Below are positions 34,767-40,499 of a DNA stretch of 40,499 nt, in pieces. Position 1 is the first letter of the stretch; every line of letters starts with the position of its first letter. Position numbers and translations under genes: made by a program. The DNA is from Bdellovibrionales bacterium. GTDB taxonomy: Bacteria > Bdellovibrionota > UBA1018 > CAIMNF01. The notes under the pieces were generated by a model that made no database searches, was not told the DNA's origin, and saw only the letters and a list, made by a program, of their open reading frames with translations. The stretch lies in assembly GCA_040380025.1 (NCBI GenBank), contig JBEIJY010000022.1:1-40499 (forward strand), written 5' to 3'.

Positions 34767-36416
34767 ATGAAAATGTCTTTTCGGCCGGTGCACGCGGTTT
34801 TGGCCGTGTGTTCGATCGCGATCGCCGGGGTGTTCCTCTCCCTCTTCGGAACCGGACCGGACGGGTCGTGGATGCTCCGGAGTTATGCGGTCTGGGGCGA
34901 CTGGTCGGCGCACCTGAGTCTGATTTCGGCCTTCCGGGAACGCGGCATCGGCTGGGTGACCGGTGAGAATCCGCTGTTTCACGGGGCGGGTTTTCAGTAT
35001 CCCTTCTTGAGCCATCTTCTCACGGCAGGCCTAGCCGAAATCACCGGGTGCGACACCCTTGGCGTCACCCTTGCCCTCAGTTTGATTTTTCTCCTCGCCC
35101 TGCCCTTTCTTTTGTACCGGTTCTATCGGATCTTCCGGCTGAGCCGGGTGGCATCTCTTTATTCGTGCCTCGTGTTTTTGTTTCTCGGTGGATTCCAGAT
35201 TTTTGACCGGACTCTGCCTGAGAGCGGACCGGTCACGAATCAATTCGATTCGGGCTCGGTCTTCACCCAGCTGCTTTTGTTCGAATTCATTCCCCAGCGT
35301 GCCTTCCTGTTCGGCATGGCTCTGGTTCTCGGCTTGATCACCCATATGGGAGCCGCCCGGTCCGGACCGAAAAAAACGGCATGGATTGCGTCCTGCCTCC
35401 TCGGTGTCACACCGCTCGTGCATCTTCACTCCTGGCCTGCGCTCGGGGTGCTTTTGCTGGCATTCCTCGCCTTCCCGGCTCCGGGGAAATCTCCCCTCGC
35501 TTCGCGCAAGTCGGTCCTGTCCCACGGACTCCTGATCCTCGCCCTCTCGGGCCCGATCGCCGCCGCTCTTTTACTGCACAAGCACGCAGCTACGGCCTCT
35601 TCGTGGGAGGTCTGGTTTCCGGGATGGGCGCAAAATGCGGGAGCCGGACTTCCGGCAGCCGCGATGATGAACCCGATCTGGTTCTGGCTCTACAACACGG
35701 GAGTGTTTCTGCCGCTCTGTTTGTTCGGCGTTTTTTTGGCCTCGCGAACCCGAAGCGGCGGAGCGACTCCGGAACTTCGGAGCCTCGGCGCACCGGGACT
35801 CGCCGGAGCGGTGCTCTTCGTGATTGCACTCCTGTTCCGGACCCAGCCCAATTTTTATGACAACCTGAAGATCTTCACTTGGGCGTTCTTGTTCTTGGCG
35901 CCGTTTGCGGGCATTGCGCTCGAGCGCATCCAAAAACGATTCTGGCCGGCGGCGGTTGCGATTCTGATTCTGCAAACAGCCTCGGCCGTACGGGATTTTT
36001 CGTTCTTCGTGAGCCCGGGACAGCCGGTGACCTGGCTCGAATCGTCCGAGGTCGATCTCGCCCGGGAGTTCAAAACGATCCGATCGTCGGCGGATGAATT
36101 GGTGCTGATCCAGCCCCGTCACAATCACTGGGTTCCGATGCTCACCGGAAACCCCGTGGTCATGGGATATGCGGGATGGCTTTGGAGCTGGGGGATCGCG
36201 TACCGGGAGACGGAGCAGAAGATCGACCGGATTTTGCTTGGAGCTCCGGATGCGGCGGAGCTCGTGCGGGAGCTTCATCCGCGCTGGATCGTCCTCGATC
36301 GGCGGACGCGCGTGCGGGGGCGGGAGATCGATTTCGATTTTTTTGATCGGCACTACCGAAGGGTCCTCGAGCGGGACGCCTGGGTGGTTTTCTCGGTGGA
36401 GGATTCAGCGAAGTGA
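34767..36416 (+). CDS. Polytopic membrane protein, probable GT-C fold glycosyltransferase
   Basis: More than 10 hydrophobic segments; first external loop WGDWSAH...YPFLSH; PQRAFLFG; soluble C-terminal domain with GYAGWLWSWG; GGAGGAGG RBS. Confidence 0.68.
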   Translation: MKMSFRPVHAVLAVCSIAIAGVFLSLFGTGPDGSWMLRSYAVWGDWSAHLSLISAFRERGIGWVTGENPLFHGAGFQYPFLSHLLTAGLAEITGCDTLGVTLALSLIFLLALPFLLYRFYRIFRLSRVASLYSCLVFLFLGGFQIFDRTLPESGPVTNQFDSGSVFTQLLLFEFIPQRAFLFGMALVLGLITHMGAARSGPKKTAWIASCLLGVTPLVHLHSWPALGVLLLAFLAFPAPGKSPLASRKSVLSHGLLILALSGPIAAALLLHKHAATASSWEVWFPGWAQNAGAGLPAAAMMNPIWFWLYNTGVFLPLCLFGVFLASRTRSGGATPELRSLGAPGLAGAVLFVIALLFRTQPNFYDNLKIFTWAFLFLAPFAGIALERIQKRFWPAAVAILILQTASAVRDFSFFVSPGQPVTWLESSEVDLAREFKTIRSSADELVLIQPRHNHWVPMLTGNPVVMGYAGWLWSWGIAYRETEQKIDRILLGAPDAAELVRELHPRWIVLDRRTRVRGREIDFDFFDRHYRRVLERDAWVVFSVEDSAK

Positions 36417-36443
36417 GAAATGATTTCGATGGTGTCTGAAACG

Positions 36444-36582
36444 GGAGCGGGTCGGGAATGGGGCTGGGACAGGAAAATCGGATTGCCTCCGAGCCGGGTC
36501 GTCCGGCCTCGCTTTCGCCTTCCTGGCTCGCGAGAGTCGGCAATCCGATTTTCCTGTCCCAGCCCCATTCCCGACCCGCTCC
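36444..36582. repeat. Palindromic intergenic element copy 3: perfect 41-bp inverted arms around a 57-bp core (36485-36541)
   Basis: 36444-36484 GGAGCGGGTCGGGAATGGGGCTGGGACAGGAAAATCGGATT is the exact reverse complement of 36542-36582. Degenerate pairing extends to about 36422/36607. Confidence 0.97.
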
Positions 36583-36611
36583 TCGATTCCAGTCACAACC
36601 AGAAATCCGAC

Positions 36612-38231
36612 TCATTTCGCTGATTCCGCCACGAGATCGCCCTCGCGGTCCGTCCGGCGGACTCTGCCGGCGAACCGTTCAAGCCTCTCGAGAACCTCGG
36701 GAGCAGGATGACGGTAGCGGTTTTTTCGTCCGACCGAGATCCAGAACTCTGCGGGGTTGATCTCTCGCAGGACTTCCGGATCGGATGAGAATCTCGATCC
36801 ATGATGACCGATCTTGAAGATGCGGCGGGTGTGTGCGCGGATTTCGGGTTCGAATTCGGCAAGAAACTTCTTCTCCTGGATCGCATCTCCGTCCCCGAGC
36901 GCGAGGTACAAGACTCCACTCGAGGCCGAGGCGATGCCCGCCATCCATTCATTTCCTTTCTGGCCTTTTCGCTTGCTTTCGAACCACTCCACCCGCGCAT
37001 TTCGAATGCAGCCTCTCGACACCACCGCGATTGCGGGATGGGTGTGTGCAATCCAATCAAGAATGCGCGCGCCCCGCTCCTCGCGTTGATGCGGCTCCCC
37101 GATCTCGATGCACCCGACCGGGAACAACGCAAGAAGCACGGGCAGCGCCCCGATGTGATCTTCGTCCAGATGTGTGAGCAACACTCCGTCCACGCGACTC
37201 ACCCCGTGCCTCGAAAGCGTGCGGATCCACCGATCGGGCGACTGGACCCGAAGGCTCCCCGCATCGATCAGCTCGATTCTTCCGGGCCGAATCAGGAGCG
37301 CTGAATCGCCCTGCCCCACATCGAGCTGGACGGTCGCCTGAGTATTTTTTTCGGGGGTGAACGCCCGCGAAGCGAGCAAAAGAAGGAACAACGGAACCAG
37401 CAGGATCGGCCGTTTTCGGAAGCGGAACACGAGCGCACCGCAGATCAGGACGATCGGAAAAAAACGAATCCCCGCCGTGACCGGGGGTGGAAGAACCTCG
37501 GCAAGAGCGATCATTGCCTGAAGAAAAAGACTCCAAAGCGAGAGGAGCCATTCCGGAGTGCCTCCCGTGAGCGCGTGCGCGATCAGCGTGACCGGGTAGA
37601 GCCCCATGCTGATCGGAGTGATTGATACGAGGTTCAGCACGGGTGTTGATGCGACGATCAGACGGTCCCGGAACAAGTCGAGCAGCGCGATCGGAACCCA
37701 CGAGAATACCGCCATGCGGACATGCGTGCGGAATCCGCTCTCGCGAACACCCCCGGGCCGGGACAACGCAAGAAGGGATCCCCCCACGGCGAGATAATAA
37801 TGAACGGCTCCGTGTGAAAGGCCCTCGGGAATGCGGAGCAAACACTCCGTCAAAAAAACCACGAAGAGCGGAAGCAGGATCGGGGTCCGGAATCCGGTCG
37901 CGCGGACGCCCATCCGGATCAGCACCGAAAAGAGCGGACGGAAGAGCGAGAAGTGAAACCCCTCGATCTTCCAGACCAGAAGACAGACCGAAAAAAACAG
38001 AACATGGATCCCCGGACGGACCACCCGAATCGGAATCCCAAGCGCCATCCCCCCTCGCTTGCACGCCAGTTCGATCCAAAAAAACAGAGCAAGCAAATGA
38101 ATCCCGCTTGCCGAGAACAAATGCACGAACCCGAGGTCGCGGAAGAATCCGTCAAACCGCGAGGGCACCGGCTCATGAAACAGAAGCGCACGGACGAGGT
38201 CGAGCGATGCGGAGCGTAGGGGTTCGGTCAT
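36612..38231 (-). CDS. comEC: ComEC/Rec2 competence DNA-uptake channel (start likely ATG 38231)
   Basis: Competence motif HLFSASGIHL; TM region; MBL domain LDVGQGDS, LIDAG, THLDEDH, GHHGS, SVGRKNRYRHP. The ORF-track extension to 38624 overlaps the J-domain gene. Confidence 0.9.
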   Translation of the reverse strand: MTEPLRSASLDLVRALLFHEPVPSRFDGFFRDLGFVHLFSASGIHLLALFFWIELACKRGGMALGIPIRVVRPGIHVLFFSVCLLVWKIEGFHFSLFRPLFSVLIRMGVRATGFRTPILLPLFVVFLTECLLRIPEGLSHGAVHYYLAVGGSLLALSRPGGVRESGFRTHVRMAVFSWVPIALLDLFRDRLIVASTPVLNLVSITPISMGLYPVTLIAHALTGGTPEWLLSLWSLFLQAMIALAEVLPPPVTAGIRFFPIVLICGALVFRFRKRPILLVPLFLLLLASRAFTPEKNTQATVQLDVGQGDSALLIRPGRIELIDAGSLRVQSPDRWIRTLSRHGVSRVDGVLLTHLDEDHIGALPVLLALFPVGCIEIGEPHQREERGARILDWIAHTHPAIAVVSRGCIRNARVEWFESKRKGQKGNEWMAGIASASSGVLYLALGDGDAIQEKKFLAEFEPEIRAHTRRIFKIGHHGSRFSSDPEVLREINPAEFWISVGRKNRYRHPAPEVLERLERFAGRVRRTDREGDLVAESAK

Positions 38232-38244
38232 CACGGGAAACCCT

Positions 38245-38273
38245 TTGCTTGCATAAATCGGGCCCCGTATACT
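38245..38273 (+). promoter_or_regulatory. Sigma70-type promoter giving a leaderless transcript for the J-domain gene
   Basis: TTGCTT-N17-TATACT-N6-ATG (38280); no Shine-Dalgarno. Confidence 0.7.
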
Positions 38274-38279
38274 GGTCGT

Positions 38280-38750
38280 ATGGAGATCGCGGAATGGATT
38301 GCGCGAAATTTCGAGACCATTCAGAAGGGAATCCTGATCCTGGGACTCCTGTCCGCGCTGTGGTTCCTGAGAATCCGTCAAAACCCATCGCAGTTCCGGG
38401 CGCGCGAGGCGGACCGCTCGGATCTGGACCGGTTCCTGAACTCGAGTCCGGAATCCGGACGCTCTTCGAGAGCCCCGGGACCGAGAAAAAACCGTCCGCC
38501 GCCCCCGCTCCTCCTGCCCGGAATCCGACTGACGGGTGAGCCCCATGAGATTCTCGGGATTCCCGAGAACTCGACCGAGCTCGAGATTCTTCGCGCCTAC
38601 AAAGAGGCGATCAAGCGCTTTCATCCCGACACGATTCAGGGTTCGGCGCGCGAGCAGATGCGGTTTTACGAAGAAGCGTCCGCCCGGATCAACGACGCAA
38701 AAGAAACAATGATCCGCAGGCTGAGAAATCAGGGCGGCCGTTCTTACTGA
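38280..38750 (+). CDS. Membrane-anchored J-domain (DnaJ-like) protein
   Basis: N-terminal TM (GILILGLLSALWFL); PHEILGI...ILRAYKEAIKRFHPD...INDA J-domain with HPD. Confidence 0.9.
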   Translation: MEIAEWIARNFETIQKGILILGLLSALWFLRIRQNPSQFRAREADRSDLDRFLNSSPESGRSSRAPGPRKNRPPPPLLLPGIRLTGEPHEILGIPENSTELEILRAYKEAIKRFHPDTIQGSAREQMRFYEEASARINDAKETMIRRLRNQGGRSY

Positions 38751-38802
38751 TTACAAACTGCGCACTTTGAGCTGAGCACGGGCCTTGCAATCAATTTGAT
38801 TG

Positions 38803-40335
38803 ATGCAGATTCACTCGCTCTTTGTCTCTGACACACAACCCGAGCTGATCACGATCGAGTACAGCTCCCGGTTCCAGGTTCCCGGGTTTCAGATTCTCGG
38901 GCTCCCTGCTCCCGAGATTCAGGAGGCGCGCGAGCGGATCGCCTCGTCGTTTCAGGCGGCCGGATACGAGTTCCCGAAAAAAAAAGTCCTCGTCAATCTC
39001 TCGCCGGCATCCGTACGAAAATCAGGAACCGGCCATGATCTCGCAATCGCACTGAAGATCCTGTCCGAGACCCTCGATCTCTCCTGGCCCGAGAAAGTCC
39101 TTGCCCGCGGCGAGCTCGGGCTCGATGGTTCGATCCGCTCCGTCGGAAAGATCGCCCATCTGATCGAGCTTCTTCTCACCCGATTCGAGCGAGGCTCCCT
39201 TCCCGCGCTGATTCTTGCTCCTGCGGACCACATCGAGTTCTTGCGCCTCTGCCAGTGGCGGGCCGAGAAAAACCTTCCCGTGCCGGAACCCGCGACCCTG
39301 TACCGGATCTCGAACCTGAGCGAGCTTTCATCGGTCCTCGCCACGCGCCCATCCTCGACGAACCTCGAGGAAGCGCTCGCCCCGCTCGCCCTGCACGAGA
39401 GGAGTGCAGCCGTTCTTTTGCCGCTTCCGCGATTCCAGGAAAGAATCGTGAAGCTCGGAAGCATCGGCCGCCACCACGTGCTGGTGCTCGGACCGAAAGG
39501 AGTCGGAAAATCCACCTCGTTTGACTGGTTCCGGGCCCTTGCACCACACCCCGGCCCCGATCAGGCGTGGGAGCGCGCGCTTTTTTTGGAAAGCCGGAAC
39601 GAAAGGCCGGCCTTTGATGCTCCGGTGCGACGGGTGCATGCGCAGGTGAAACCTCCGCATCTGCTCGGATCCTACGGCATGCACGGATTCCGCGCGGGGG
39701 AACTCTCCCTTGCGCATGGTGGGATTCTGTTCGCCGATGAATTCATGGAATGGCCACGCGATTCGAAAGAATGCCTGCGGGAGCCGCTTCAGACCGAGAC
39801 ACTGATTTTGACGAGGGTCAAAGGGACTCTCGAAGCAAAGTGCGACATCCAGCTGATCGCGAGCGGCAACCTCTGTCCCTGCGGGGGATTTCCGCCCCAG
39901 CTGAAAGCGTTCGGGTATACGAGTTCGCTCCGCTGTCGTTGCTCGACACCCGAGATCCAAAGTTATCTGCAAAGGCTCTCGGGCCCGATTCTCGATCGGA
40001 TTGATCTTGTGGCCTTGTTCACAGATACGCCGGTCCCGCAGGAGGAGCACACCCGCACGGCCTCGGATCTTCGTGGCGAGATCGAAGCCGCCCGAACCCT
40101 GGTCCTCGGACGCTATGGGTGTTTTCCGGCGAAGATCCCGCCGCAGAATCTCGAAAAACTGATCCCCCGCACGGGTCCGACGTCAAAACTTCTCTCTGAG
40201 ATCGGCAGTCTCCGCTCGCGACACAAAACCATCCGGGTCGCCCTTTCGATCCAGGCGCTCGAGGGGGCCTCCGAGCTCAGGGAGGAGCATGTGCTGGAGT
40301 CCCGCTCGTACCGGTTTCTGGATTCGTGGATTTGA
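38803..40335 (+). CDS. comM: ComM/YifB Mg-chelatase-like AAA+ ATPase (divergent)
   Basis: ILGLP...EARERI, VNLSPASVRKSGTGHDLAIA, GELGLDG, Walker A GPKGVGKST, GELSLAHGGILFADEF, NLCPCG, CRC, LSGPILDRIDL. Confidence 0.88.
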   Translation: MQIHSLFVSDTQPELITIEYSSRFQVPGFQILGLPAPEIQEARERIASSFQAAGYEFPKKKVLVNLSPASVRKSGTGHDLAIALKILSETLDLSWPEKVLARGELGLDGSIRSVGKIAHLIELLLTRFERGSLPALILAPADHIEFLRLCQWRAEKNLPVPEPATLYRISNLSELSSVLATRPSSTNLEEALAPLALHERSAAVLLPLPRFQERIVKLGSIGRHHVLVLGPKGVGKSTSFDWFRALAPHPGPDQAWERALFLESRNERPAFDAPVRRVHAQVKPPHLLGSYGMHGFRAGELSLAHGGILFADEFMEWPRDSKECLREPLQTETLILTRVKGTLEAKCDIQLIASGNLCPCGGFPPQLKAFGYTSSLRCRCSTPEIQSYLQRLSGPILDRIDLVALFTDTPVPQEEHTRTASDLRGEIEAARTLVLGRYGCFPAKIPPQNLEKLIPRTGPTSKLLSEIGSLRSRHKTIRVALSIQALEGASELREEHVLESRSYRFLDSWI

Positions 40336-40384
40336 CCGGAGAAACCGCACTCTTCGCTTGTGCTTGAGGAAAGTGCGGGATGGG

Positions 40385-40499
40385 GGGAAGGGATCTGGAA
40401 GGATTCAGTTTTTGCCGACTCTCGCGAGCCAGGATGGCGAAAGCGAGGCCGGAGGACCCGGCTCGGAGGCAAAAACCGAATCCTTCCAGATCCCTTCCC
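40385..40499. repeat. Palindromic intergenic element copy 4 (inverted orientation), running to the window end: 29-bp arms around a 57-bp core (40414-40470)
   Basis: 40385-40413 and 40471-40499 are reverse complements with 1 mismatch. The core is the exact reverse complement of the copy 2 core. Confidence 0.95.

Noticed and set aside
38232..38624. ORF-track N-terminal extensions of comEC (to 38624), and likewise of phoH (18708), SNF2 (18263) and mutY (14453)
   Set aside because: They overlap genuine divergent genes and show no family similarity. Downstream starts fit the motifs, RBSs or promoters better.
38774..38789. Sigma54 promoter for comM
   Set aside because: The -12 TTGCA and spacing fit, but the essential -24 GG reads AG, so I did not call it as a feature.
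40346..40378. Hairpin CCGCAC...GTGCGG after comM as a terminator
   Set aside because: The stem is short and interrupted, the loop is large and there is no U-tract. It may instead belong to the outer part of repeat copy 4, whose partner arm would lie beyond the window.
12018..40499. Repeat copies as a CRISPR array, tRNAs or simple rho-independent terminators
   Set aside because: The copies are kilobases apart with no repeat-spacer periodicity and no cas genes. There is no cloverleaf or T-loop. The stems are far longer than terminators, enclose a conserved 57-bp core and mostly lack a distal U-tract.

Overview
A gene-dense, GC-rich core-chromosome segment, most consistent with a Bdellovibrionota-type bacterium (inferred from gene content and an RSPAS motif in an exported-looking protein). 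It carries about 25 protein genes. Replication/repair: dnaE, holA, mutS, mutY and a SWIM-SNF2 ATPase. RNA modification: miaB and an RsmB/F-type m5C methyltransferase. Metabolism/transport: gamma-carbonic anhydrase, kup, hemH, glmS, a CoA transferase, a thioesterase and PIN-PhoH. Envelope: an amidase, two divergent GT-C-like membrane glycosyltransferases and a beta-barrel. Competence: comEC and comM. I found no rRNA, tRNA, CRISPR array, transposase or integrase. Two things stand out. (1) A dispersed intergenic repeat occurs four times (about 12.0, 16.9, 36.4 and 40.4 kb). It has a conserved 57-58 bp core with two covarying hairpins whose loops read AGGA on one strand (CsrB-like CAGGA[U/C/A]G). 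In three copies the core sits inside long inverted arms that are near-perfect within a copy but differ between copies, the reverse of MITE/REPIN architecture. (2) A 1252-aa circularly permuted ATP-grasp ligase is fused to a long C-terminal region containing an HExxH motif, with a near-consensus CRP-family site upstream. Several genes also appear to be leaderless (-10 box 6 nt before the ATG). All product calls come from motif recognition by eye; no searches were run.
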